64,000 nt of DNA. It comes from Tubulanus polymorphus. Taxonomy: Eukaryota; Animalia; Nemertea. Position 1 is the stretch's first letter. Each line of letters begins with the position of its first letter. The translations under genes and the position numbers were made by a program. Below the pieces are notes generated by a model. The model saw only the letters and a list, made by a program, of their open reading frames with translations, was not told where the DNA came from and searched no databases. The stretch is from assembly GCF_964204645.1 (NCBI RefSeq), contig NC_134029.1, positions 7,342,850-7,406,849 of the forward strand, read 5' to 3'. This document shows, one piece after another, positions 25,627 through 38,000 of the stretch.

Positions 25627-28600
25627 TTAATGAGATTTAATGTCTGCCGGACGAATTTGTCGTTCCCCTTCGAGGCATAGAATCTTCATAGCTTTTAGTA
25701 ATAAGTGAACACCCATTATTCGACGTTTTTCAACTTGCCACGTCGCAGCTACCCCGTAATAATTTCCGGTCTTGACGTTGGTCAATCGTTCCAGTCCTGC
25801 AACAAATAAGACATGGAATGTGCATCTTAACTCGTAAATCGTATAAATGAAACGTATAAATGTAATCATATATCGTTAAGCCGGACGCACACACAGAGCA
25901 GTCAGGAAACATCTTCCAAACAGAAAAACTGTTTTCCTGTTTTTTTTCTTGTTCCGCAGTGTGCGTCTGTGCGAGTCCGGCTTAGACCGTTGTCATACCG
26001 AGTGCGTCTATCATGCAGGCTTCGCGAGTGTATGCCTCAACTGGAATCACATTTTGAAAGCAATGCAGAGAGACTACGCCTAAATTTGCATCCCAGATGT
26101 CGAGAATTTGTTTCACTTTAGGTAGAGGCTGAAAATAAAATCGAAAATCTTAGTATTTCGGGTGTAACAGTGTAGCGAATACAGTACACCTCGCCTCACA
26201 CAGACATGGCCAACTTGGACTTTTGACTAACTCCCACAAAAACGAAATAATTTTCTGACTTCATAACATATTTTCCTATCCTCAACTCGGACTTCTCTTG
26301 CCTCGGACTGATTTCGTCGGTCCCAGTTTGTCTGAATTAGGCGAGGTTTACTGTGTATACAAATGGTACATAGGGTTGGCTAAAAACAAATACTGGAATA
26401 CCTTTTGTTGTTGAGTCTTAAGAGCGGTGAGAGCTTCGTGGAAATGACTGTACGGTCGAGCACGTTTTCCTTTTCCGATGTAAAACACGGCAGCGGAGAA
26501 AATTTTGAATTTTTCGACGTCATCTAAAAACGATCAAAGCCCGAAAGAGTGAGCGAATATCAGAAATAACCGCAACTACGATACGTTCGGATACGAACCA
26601 AAATTTCCGGCACAACACGGCAAATTCTTCGTCACACGAGGATCCAACAGGAGATAATTGAACGAAGATTTCTGGTTTCCTTCGCGCCATCGGCGACTTG
26701 GATTCGGTTCTTGGAACGCTTTCACCATTAACTGTTCCGTATTGTCCTGTCCGTCGAGATTCAACCGGCCATTCAATGCTTTGGCAAGTTCGGGTAGGTA
26801 ACCTTAATATGCATATGAAAATCATTTAAATTCGATTTGTCCTGACTGATGCGGAGGCTTTACAGCAGAATTGCACTCTTTTTATCTCCCATCATATCTG
26901 AGCATTACTTAAGGAACATTTTAGGAAACTTGCAAATTTTCAAGTCGGTGACCCTATGCCCACACGTCACTAATCAATGCCTTTTTAATTTGGTTGAGTA
27001 CGGATTTTACCAGCAAAAATGAAAGGGTGTTTGGCAAAAAATCAAATATAAATTTTTGCGATCACAGACCTATCGATAAGGAAGGGAACATAGCTTCCTT
27101 TTTCTTTGAGTATGTTCCATGAAAAATCTTGGAAGGACTGGGAAAAATAAGAAAGAGTGAAAACTGTATCGGATTGACTTCAAATGTTGGGAGAAAACTT
27201 ACTTTTTGCAAATAACAAAATCGAAAATTAAGACGAAAATATCAATTCACTGCCCATGTTATGCCAAATTCATTGCAAGTACGGAGTACGGATTTTACCA
27301 GCAAAAATGGAAGGGTGTTTGGGGAAAAATTAAATATAAATTTTTCATTTTCAAGATCACAGACCTATTAATAAGGAAGGGAACATAGCTTCCTTTTTCT
27401 TCGAGTATGTTCCATGAAAAATCTTGGAAGGATTGGGGGAAAATAAGAAAGAGTGAAAACTCGGATTGAATTCAAATGAATGGGAGAAAACTTACTTTTC
27501 GCAAATATCTAAATTGAAAAATTAAGATGGAAATATCAAGAATAAAAAATTTTTTTCTAGATTAAATATGACGAAAATACAACTTTTTTTCAACATGATG
27601 TTTTTTCAGCAGAATTTCAGATGAGATTCCTTTACTGCAAGTAATTCAAAAAAGCTTAACATGTGCCCCTTTGAACCAAGAAATTTGTATGAAAATCTGT
27701 CATTTGACACGATCGCCGTGAAGCGCTATACATGTACATGTAGCATCCGAAACAACTGCATGATTAATATCATACCTGGTAGTGGATTTTCCCCAATGAC
27801 TCAAATAGACCAGTATTGAAATAAAATCAATACGACTTAAATACACTGTGCATTAAACGTCGTCACCTTCATTAACATCGTCAAGCTGTTACCAAAATTT
27901 CATCATTAATCGACAGATTTGCAAAATTTTCAAATTCAAGGCCCCAAAATCGATTTCCAAGGATTTTCAAGGCCTTGAATTTCCTTTTGACAATTCAAGG
28001 CTTATATTTCCAGTGTCTGCTACAGGTATACTCGTGACGACCGCGCTGTATTATCAGCGGCGGTGAACACGTTAAAACTTAAGCACTCACCGTCTTTTGC
28101 TTGCGCTACTGCTGCCGGATCCTTCATTAACTTCTTCAAACGTCTCAGGTACGGTTTCTTCGTACGTATCGTAATCGGACCCGGTGTTTCGCCGTGTTCA
28201 ACGAGTTTCCGACGAAGTTCAGGTATCGAGAGCGACTCCGATAGCAGCTCATCGTTATCGTCATCTCCGCTCGCAGCACTGGACGACGACTCGGGCTTTC
28301 TTCGTCGTTTTACGTCATTGCCCGCGCGTTCCGACGTTCGCCAGTTTTTCCAGTCGTAGAGGATCGTGGCGTTGGAATCGTTGCCCGCGTCAGAGTTCGT
28401 CGTATTCACATCGCTCACTATACAATGTCTCTCGATCAACGCGTGACCCTCGTCGTCGGTGTAAATATACTCGACGACCGTTCCCGAACTCGCATCGCTG
28501 ACGCGCGACTTTCGCTCCGACGATGCCTTACTCGCGACGCTCGCGTTGACGTTCTTATCGATACTCTCGTCGTCGGTCCGGATTTCGCTCGCGTTCGGCG

Positions 28601-31040
28601 TCGCCACCGGCCTTCTCCGGTCGCACGGCGAAATATCGAAAGTTTCGTCGCAAGTAACCAACGCGCCATCGCCGCGCTCGTACGCGAATTTCGGACACAT
28701 CGTCGGCGGCATTTCGTCCGTCGTTTCCAATGTCGAATCTAAATCGACGCATTGGCATGACTTGTCGACACCGTTTGTTAGTTCTCTCAACGATATATGA
28801 GAAACCGAAGACTTACACGAAGAGAAGCTATCGTCCGGCGAAGCGGTCAACGACGCGTTTTTGCCCGGCGACGGCAATGTCGCGACGTTAACCAGCTCGT
28901 TTTCCGCCCAAAAATCATCGACGCTCGGTAAGTCGCCGATCGAAGGCGCGATGGACGACGTGTCGCAATCGTCGATCGTCATTTTGTCGAAGCGAATATC
29001 GATATCGTCAATGAAATCGTGCGCTTTCGGGTCCTTGTCGTCTGGAAGTAGCGCCGGGGAACTTTTAACATCGCTGCCTATTTGATATCTATCCGGTGGA
29101 CTCTTCGGAGACGGTTTATCGCTCCGAGAATAACCGGAATTTCGACACAACGGACGGTTCGCTACGACTGAATCAATTACCGATCGATCGTCCGACAAAC
29201 TTGCGCTTGCAGCTTGAGGGCTTTGTGATTTAATCCACGCTTTCGTCGTACTCCGGCGTGAATTGTCGGGAGAATTGAATGTTTTTAAATTGCCGGTGCG
29301 TAACTGCGACTGCTGCACCCAGTCGCCGGCGCCGTGACACCAATTCGGCGTCGCTTCGTGTTGAGGACTACGGCGACAAAACTGTAAATATCCAGGCGAA
29401 GGAAAAGTCCTGAAATCACTCCCTAAGACTTGTCTTTGATGACTGCACTGGCATCTTTGTTGTGGAGTGATTTGACAGTCACCTACGGCATGGTTTCCAG
29501 CCAAACACGTTTTACTTAGTCCGGTATGACTTAAAGGATAACCGACGTCACAGGAGATACCAGCCGGATGATCGAATCCATAAACTCGACGGCAAGATTC
29601 GGATGGGTTTAAGACTTCTTCGTAAGAGTCAGCTGATCCTAACCGCTCTGAAATAAATTAAAAGCATTGACTATTGAAAGCATTTCATATTAAGGAAATC
29701 TCTCTACTTATTCAAGCACAGATGATATCATTGAGGACTGATGAAATCCTTTCAGCCTGTAACACATTTATACATAGGTGGACTTAATAACATATACCAA
29801 TTAGATCACAATCCGGATTCAATTATCTGGATTAAGCAGCAAAAATCTACTTATTTGAGGTGTTTGTACCAAACTCTTCATTAGCCCTTTAACCAGCAGG
29901 CCTAACATATCATCAGCAGCTATGGCTTGCAGTAGCCCAGAGCTTCTGTTACCCCATTTGAGTTGTACTTACTTTTTGTATAACGTGGTGTAGTCTTTTC
30001 TTCGCTATAGCTTCCTAGTTCATCTTCGATGTATTGTACCATCCCCTCATGACCACTGACTCTCGCCATTTCAATAGCATCTTCACCATCCTACGTCAGA
30101 TTATGAATTTCAATTAGCGGTCATATAGCGGATCAGTTCAACATTTTGGTAGACTTGCAATTCAATTGATAATACCTGGTCCTTTAGAAAAGGATCTCCG
30201 CCATGCTGTAGAAGCATTTGTAAGATATGTACACGCCCCCAAGTGGCAGCCACATGAACCGGACTCATACCTTCAGCCGACCTAGAAAAATATATTTTCA
30301 GGAAGCATCGTTAAAACAATCACAAGTCTTAGCCAAGCAAAAGAAATGATTTACCACTAGTAGAATCAATAGCCTCACATAGGATATGGTAAATAGATAA
30401 AAGCAAGCTTTATATAAGAAGAAAAATTATCAAATAATCAAAATGACACATTTTAGACTCTTCGCAAATGACTAAGGTAATCTCAGCGAGAGAGTTTATA
30501 TGTAACAGTGTCATTTCAATTCTAATCAAGCCGGCATGCAAGTCTTGTTTTTGTTTATGATATGTTACATCATTTTAATTTCTAATAATTTTCTATTCAA
30601 CCTGGCAGTTTTCGACCACAAATTCATAAGCAGTGGTCATAAGCAGTGATTTGATGATTAACAAGTGCTTTAGATGAAATATATAATTTCGCTGGTGACA
30701 AATGATTCCATGCGATACATACAACACCGTACCTTTTATTAGGATTTGCACCATGTTGAAGACACAAGTTTACAATAGCTTCACTCTTCGTCGATTCGTT
30801 ACCGACCGCTATGTGAAACGGCGTTATACCATTTGAGAGAAGAATATTAGGATCAGCGCCATTGTCCAACAAACTGCGAATCAGGCTGTTGAAGAGATAT
30901 TGAACCGTTTATATTCTACTCAAAACTTTATCGGTTTATTTGATAGATATGTGCTAGACTCACCTTAGATCTGAGATTTCTACTGCTTCCAACAGAGCTT
31001 TACCAAGAATGAGACGCTTTCTATGCAGGTCCGTTGCCAT
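25627..31040 (-). CDS. ANKLE1: Ankyrin repeat and LEM domain-containing protein 1 (GIY-YIG endonuclease, LEM-3 homologue)
   Basis: Exons 31040-30964, 30885-30733, 30281-30176, 30090-29973, 29647-28091, 26802-26599, 26523-26402, 26128-25999, 25796-25627. N-terminal ankyrin repeats (GADPN, TPFHIAV), LEM motif ELRRKLVEHGETPGPITIRTKKPYLRRL, C-terminal WREGNQKSSFNYLLLDPR / FYIGKG / REACMIDALG / LTN. Confidence 0.92.
25877..25984. mobile_element. ~108-bp mini-MITE in the last ANKLE1 intron
   Basis: TAAGCCGGAC.CACACAGA ... TCTGTGCGAGTCCGGCTTA inverted ends. Confidence 0.6.
26996..27540 (+). repeat. Tandem direct duplication, unit about 288 bp, in ANKLE1 intron 5
   Basis: GAGTACGGATTTTACCAGCAAAAATG... 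starts at 26996 and 27284, with high identity throughout. Confidence 0.85.
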
Positions 31041-31424
31041 ACTGGGATTTTAGACACTATTTATGTGTATCAAATCAAAAATGTCAGGAATAACAGGTTT
31101 TTAATGAATTAAAGGCACATCAGAAAACATGGAATTCGGCGCCTTTATGACGTCATGTGATCAAACACATCTGAAAAATCAATAACAATTCAATGTAACA
31201 AGTAATCTGCAAATTCACAAATATCATTCTGATTGATGAAGATAATACGTAGTTGGCCTATCAATCTGCTGCATGGACAATAATATCGATCGGAAAGTTT
31301 GTTGACCAAGGTCGAGGAGTGTTGTTCTCGATATGGATTTTAGTCTTATTAGATTATAGGCCTGCAGAATACCACCAGATTCTTACTATCCCTGGTCCAC
31401 CACTACTATACTGGGGAACAACAG

Positions 31425-31876
31425 CTAATGTCTATTTCAACTTGACTTGAGAGAGAGCATATCGGGTGGCTTAGCTTTTAGTTTTGGAGGTACATAGGCC
31501 TACCTGATAAGTCATATAACCACCAGGAAGGACTGGCAGTTGACCTAAAACATTGCTTTATAATCCATTCTTCACTGTATTGAATGATATCCTAAGAGTC
31601 TGCATTGAAAGGGGTTCATAAGAGAAACGTGACTCCATAATTTAAAAGTTTAACAGTATGTTTCCATGCCTACCGAATGAAGTTTGGTATGTAGGCATGG
31701 AGACATATTGTTAAACTTTCAAATTAAGGAGTCACTTTTCTCTAGTCTTTTTAGCCCTTTTATGAAGACTTTTTGGAACTCCTTCAATAGAGTTTGGACA
31801 ATAGATTAAAAATCAAGCCACCCGGCCACCTGATGTGCTCTCAAGAGTCAACAAGTCAAGTTGAAATAGACATTAG
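31425..31876. repeat. Foldback element, palindromic over nearly its whole length
   Basis: CTAATGTCTATTTCAACTTGACTTG pairs with CAAGTCAAGTTGAAATAGACATTAG; central arms GTGACTCC...CATGCCTAC and GTAGGCATG...GGAGTCAC. Confidence 0.75.
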
Positions 31877-32085
31877 ATAACTAAAATTATCTTATAATAA
31901 TAGTAGACAATGTAAATTGTTGAAGAAGTACTGTAGCAATTAAAAATGCCAAGAAGAAAAACGATTATATTAACTGCAATTAATCAACTTTGCGCTCTCC
32001 TCCACCCGTTGTATTAAATGGCGATATCGGATACTGCAACATAATACTAGTCTTAGAGATTACAGATTACTGTGAAAGAAAGACG

Positions 32086-32885
32086 TATGGAATTCCTCAA
32101 GGGCCATACGACTTACGTTTTACGAACTACGACTTACGTTTTACGAGTTACTAATACATTTCCTTCAATACGTTACGATTTATGACTTACGTTTTACAAC
32201 TTAAGTTTTATGAATTATGAGTTAGTTGTTTGGTGTTTCGATTCAATTTATCGCGAGAGTTCAAGGACAAGTGAATTATGAAAAATAACATTGACACGAG
32301 CTTTCATGAGCACTGTATGTGATGGGTGTAATTTTTAGCCGAATTTTAATTTTGTAACGATGATGGATGGATGGCTGTATGCAGCCCAAACGTCAATCAT
32401 GGTATCTTTAGAAATAAATACATTTCTAAATTGTTGAAAACATGAAAAGACTTTGCTCCAGGGACCGGGATCATGATTTCCAAATTATATCACCGCCTCG
32501 TGTGTTCCGTGGAGTGGCCTTTAAAATCATTTCCAGCTAAGATAGTCTATTGAAATAAAGATCGTCTATTATCGTGCAGTGTGTAATTTATTTTTTTTTC
32601 AACATTTAATAGATTTTGACGCCGTACCGACCGGCTGGTCACCACGCAAGATTTTTCGCCGTGATCTCATTATCTACAATAGATACTCCTCTTAATTATT
32701 ATTGAAATGACAATTCCACTTCATTTTGAAACCCGTTCTTTGAATAACACGCTTCGGATATGAGAAGCCAATTAGTGAAAGACGTAAACATAAGTCATAA
32801 CGTATTGAAGGAAATGTATTAGTAACTCGTAAAACTAACTCGCAAGTCGTAAAACGTAACTCGTATGGCCCTTGACGAATTCCTA
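32086..32885. mobile_element. MITE with long TIRs containing TACGA/TACGT subrepeats
   Basis: GGAATTCCTCAAGGGCCATACG...TAATACATTTCCTTCAATACGTTA and its inverse at the right end; flanked by an AAGACG duplication. Confidence 0.8.
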
Positions 32886-33666
32886 AAGACGGGTCTTATT
32901 TCTTTTGTCTGTTTTTCTTTTGAGAAAGCGATATTGTCATTGATTTGAATTCATATTTATTTCAACAATTCCCCTGGCCCGAATACACCAGACAACCATG
33001 TATATTAGGCTACATACATCTACGCCCAGGCACACTGTGTGATGTCATAAATTGTTGTAATTACGCGATCACCTTTTCGGATCATAAATACATTAGAACA
33101 GAAGGTCAACATCGTTAGTTCACGGCGACAGGGCGCCGCCATTTTAAATTTGGCGGCGACGAAATGAAGGTCGAATCCCCAAATCCTCAACATTCCTCTC
33201 TCCGCAAAAAAATGTTTTTAAAATTTAACTTGTTCAAATAAAATTCCAAATGTTCTCATCAAATATACTTCACGATCTATGAATAACATATCATCATATG
33301 GATTATCATAAATGCAAACAAAGAGTGGGATTCGACCCTAAAGTAGAGACCACCGGTAGAGTCTGAAATACGGCCCCGGATTCGGATTTCGTCGCGGCTG
33401 CGGCCACTTCTGAAAACACAGCGCGCGGGCAGTTGGCATTTTCTCTTGGTTTCACAATTAATCAGTGTTCATTTCATGTTTTAAAGTTGATATGCCTTAG
33501 ATAGTGAAACGATAGCTTTCTTGGGGGAATTGTGCCTCGATTGGAGAGGTGCGGGTCATGTGAAACGCAGCACGCCGTTTCGGGTTCCTTGGCCTTGATC
33601 CAGTCAAAAGTGATTGTAAGTCTGTGAAAACATGTTGCGACGATCATCATATTGCCAGTCTCCACG

Positions 33667-33947
33667 AAGCCCGCCGCACACGGCACCGAAAAAAACCTTT
33701 CCTTGAGAAAAAAACGTTTTTTCGTGTCTTTTGTTATGCCGCGTCTGCGGGGGAAGCAAAATACATAACGCCGAACAGAAAAACGTTTTTCACGCACTGC
33801 TTGATTTGCGAAAAACGTTTTGTGTAGTCGAAAACGTTTTTCGTCCCGTGTTTATCGTTTGCGGGCAGAACGTTGTACGAAAACGTTTTGTGAAAAACGT
33901 GCTTTCTGTTTTGGCGAAACAAATGTTATGCCGTGTGCGGCGGGCTT
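33667..33947. mobile_element. PIF/Harbinger-like MITE rich in AAAACGTTTT motifs
   Basis: 19-bp TIR AAGCCCGCCGCACACGGCA / TGCCGTGTGCGGCGGGCTT; related sequence at 51290-51540. Confidence 0.75.
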
Positions 33948-35049
33948 TAGGATCTGGCTAGGCTGTGTGTGTCGGGGTCGCGAACCTGGGATTGAAACGA
34001 CAAAAAGGGAATCCGATCCACCACGGCCGGGGATTAAGCATTTAATTCGATTTATCAGCTAATTCGACGAATTAAAAGTTAACCGTTCGTGAAAAGCGGG
34101 GCTCTTGTGCGAGTCCTTCCTTGTGGCACACCCTATGCCATTATCAGGATCATCTCGCCGGTGATAAACGAAGCTGTGGCACCTAGTCGATAACTAACTC
34201 CAAGCCCGGGTCATCGCTACAAAAGTTTCGAATTTGTCAAACTATAACTTTAAGCATTTTATGGTTATATTGTATCGGTTCTGATAGATTTGATAATGTT
34301 TTTGTTTCGAAATCCCTCTTGGCATTAAGCAATTTTTCCAGACGCACAGAAAAAATGCCGTGGAACACGAACATGCGCGGCAGTTTGTAAATAAGTTTGT
34401 GAAAGTAATTGTTATTCAAGGTACCGGATCTGATTGTGGAGAGAACAAAAAATACAAAAAACAACAAAAAAACTAATTGGTCAGTGGTGGTCAGTGATGG
34501 TCAATTTATGAACTTATTAAAGAAATTTGTGGTTTGAATAGAACAGCGATCAGTGTTGGCTGACTTAGCCAACTTGTCACACCCCGCGCAATCTAAAACT
34601 TGGCTGCTGATTAGCTTTATCTCCCGATAGCTGTCCCGCAGCACCATAAAGCGATTCTGCAAAAAAAGCGATAAGATCCGCTAAGTTATAGATACCCGAA
34701 AAGTGGTGTGTATAGGCTAATCGGCTGCGCGCCTTGAAGAATGCCACGCCATCCATGTTTAGAACTAACCCCTTTATGACGGAGAAGCGATTTAAGCGAT
34801 CGAGATTTAATTTTTCGAAGTTGGAGTAGTCTTTTAGAACGGTTTATTTTTTCTACTCCTTTTTTCTTTTTTTTAAACAAAAAATAGAGGGGCCATGTCC
34901 GGGGCCAAAGCCGAGGCCGTAGCCGTGTTTCAAACGGTTCCGGGTGAACTTTGGAAGTTACGAATTTTCCGTCACCCTCCGAATGAAAGTTACTTCCGCG
35001 TTTCTGTCACTTTTTGAAAAGACCGGTCTATTCTTTTTATGCAAAAAAG

Positions 35050-38000
35050 ATGCTGTTAAAAGTCGTTTTCTCGTTACATCTTCTATTGACTTTATCTACT
35101 GTGGGAATTTGTTTTGGTGAGCAAATTGTTCATCAAATTGGATTTGTCAACAAGTTGCCAGAAAAGAGGGCGTTTTGGTAGATCTATGGGCTAAATCGTT
35201 AGCCTTTTAGGAAATCAAAAATGTTTTTGATTTAATTGTTTTGTGTGAAAATATTGGTTGGATACCTTGAAAACTGCTATGAGAATTATTTGTATTGATA
35301 TATAGGTGATAATTTGCTGATGCAGCATACTGTTGGTACGCTATTTTGGCTCATTCAGCTTGGCTAATTTACCCTGTGCATTCACTGAAAATTCAAGGAC
35401 GGTCATCCTTATTACCGAGAAGACGCAATTGACCGAAATGAACCAAGATGACATGAAATATAACATTTATTTATTCCTTATCGATTAGGACTATAACACT
35501 TATATAATATATAAATTATATCAGTATAAATACCTGCTGGAGTCATATTTTATATATTTTGTCGGATATTTAGCCCACTTGGGACTTTAGTCCCAGCGGG
35601 CTATTGCGTTCACTTTTCGTCCGTCGTCCGTCCGTTGACGGAATCCAGTTATTTTGGGAAGTTTTGAAGACGCTTCAAGGTAACGTCTTGATATTTAGGT
35701 TACACATGTATCTACCCTAGACACATCTTCAGCCCAAAAACTGGCCCAGTCAGAATCAAGATGGCCGACTGGCAGCCATTGTTTTTCGCCAAAATCAGCA
35801 CTTTTTACACATTTTTGAACTTCTTGAGGGAAATTCTGAAGACGCTTTGATCAATTACCTTGATCTTTCGGATATATGTGAATCCCCCCAGGGCCCATCA
35901 ACATAACAAAAATTGGGTCGGTCGGACTCAAGATGGCCGTCCTATGACCTTTTAAGTGCCCAAAAATGTTAATTTTGGCCTGAATTCTGAGTCCTGTAGC
36001 TTCCTACTGGTTTGCCATTTCTCATTACAATTTGTGATGGGTGTTCTTTGGAAAGGGATGTTTTATACCTGAGACAGGTATTTTTCATCAGCCAATTATG
36101 ACGCAATTGGCGGCCATCTTGGTGTCACCAGTACTCATTCGTAAGTGGGAAAAAGTTTTTCCACATTATATTGATACCTAAGCGTATTTTGCTACCACAA
36201 TCAATTAGAAAGTTGTAGCTCATAATGTGTTCTATGATTGTGGTGAGTTTCAAGGTAATTGAATTACGTATATGGGCACCAGGGGGCGTTGAATAATACA
36301 ATATCTTCGCATTTCTTTATTATATTCGTACCTATGCATATTTTGTAACCACAATCAATTGGAAAGTTGTTAGATTGTTGAGCATTTGAAACCACTTCCC
36401 AAGTGGGCATGGTGTCCCTGGACCCCTAGTTTTGTAGAAAAATAACTTTAAATTTTACCGAGATGAGATCGTCGATCAATCAAATTCAATGAAATTTTGT
36501 TGCTCACCGAGATGACATATTTGAAGTCAATATTTTTTATACAAAATATCCGGCAAAATATGACTCGAGAAGGTATTTATTACTGATATAACATGATTTC
36601 AAGTGTTAAAACGGTTAAGAAATTAACAAAAATGCTATACTTCATGTCATCTCGGTAAAATTGTGTCATCTCGGTAATTAGGAGGACCCTTCAAGGAAGG
36701 TGTGGAGAACAGTTTTAGAGAAAATAGAGCGGATAGAACCATATTCGAACCTGGGCCAGCATTGACCACCGAGGCTTATGGAATCCCACTGAATATTTTA
36801 ACTAGGCCTGTATAGCACTCAACCTTACCTTAGCCCTAGCTATAGTACAGACCCTGCCTGTACAGAAAATATTGGCAAAATATGGACTTCCATTTAGGAG
36901 GATTAGGCCTATCTTATCATAGCCATTGGCAAAATAGCATTTACGCAAGTAATGCTGCATTGGCAAAATATCCACTTAGATATATTGATAGAAAGAATGA
37001 TTTTTTGGGTGTTTGTGCGTGGTGCATCAATATGTACCATTGCCTAATGTATTTTTCAAGGTGTCAACAGACTTCCAAGTTGGTTATCTTGTTTGTGGCG
37101 CTTTCTCATTCTAAAAGATAATATCCGATGTCTTTTTCCAACAAAATTTCATTCAGATTTCCAACCGTGTGACGGTCGAGATTTCGGTTTAGGATCGATA
37201 GTCTGCGTTTGCAATGAAACCTACTGTGATAATATCGAGCCCAATAAACCTCTGGATCCTCGTAAGAAGTTTGCCGTCTACCAATCAGACAAAGCTGGAA
37301 AACGATTGAAGAAATCGATTGGCTCCATTTCTGTTAACGCTAATGGTACAGGTATGTTGAAAATATTTCATATCTAAATTAGTCTTAGTTGATTTGGCAA
37401 CACTCTCCTATGACTAATTTTTAATAGACAAATGTCTCTAAAACTCACAGGGGCTCATCAGATTAAGTGGGGGGCCAAAATGAAACATTGAAAACAGTAT
37501 CTGAAGTCCTTCCCTCCATAAAGAGTAGTCTACTGTGTATAAATCCTTGGACCCCAGGAGCAGGGTCAAAGGAAGGCAGTTCCAAGAAATTTACTACCTT
37601 TTCCAAGTTTCACCACGATTTCTCACATCAGGGTTTCCAGCGGTCCTTCCAAGTCCTTCTATGTCCTTCTTTTGGAAAAAGTTTGGACAAATTTTGTCGC
37701 AAATTCGACTGTTGAAGTATTTTATTACTCATGCCTGGTAATTCAATTATCAATAAGATTGAATATACAGGAAAGTGTTATGGAATTACCCTGAAATGTA
37801 TGACTGGTCTACACGACTATAGTATTCCGGCAAAGGCATTGCGAAAATGCTCCCTTATGGGCCCTCATTATACTGGAAATTACTTCTTTCCAAGCAAAAA
37901 AGTCCCTCCTTTTGGGGTTAAAATTGCCAAAAAAGTCCTTCTTAGTACTTCTTTTTACCCTGGCCTTACCACTGGAAACCCTGTCACATGCTCAACGATA

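Noticed and set aside
26524-26598. Apparent premature stop or frameshift in the ANKLE1 GIY-YIG region
   Set aside because: Resolved by a 75-nt GT-AG intron (G|GTTCGT...TTTTAG|AT), so it is not a pseudogene.
28063-29085. Several overlapping plus- and minus-strand ORFs
   Set aside because: By-products of the GC-rich large ANKLE1 exon.
33474-34062. Cluster of short ORFs, with similar ones at 51163-51622
   Set aside because: They derive from a non-coding AAAACGTTTT-rich MITE and show no transposase motifs.
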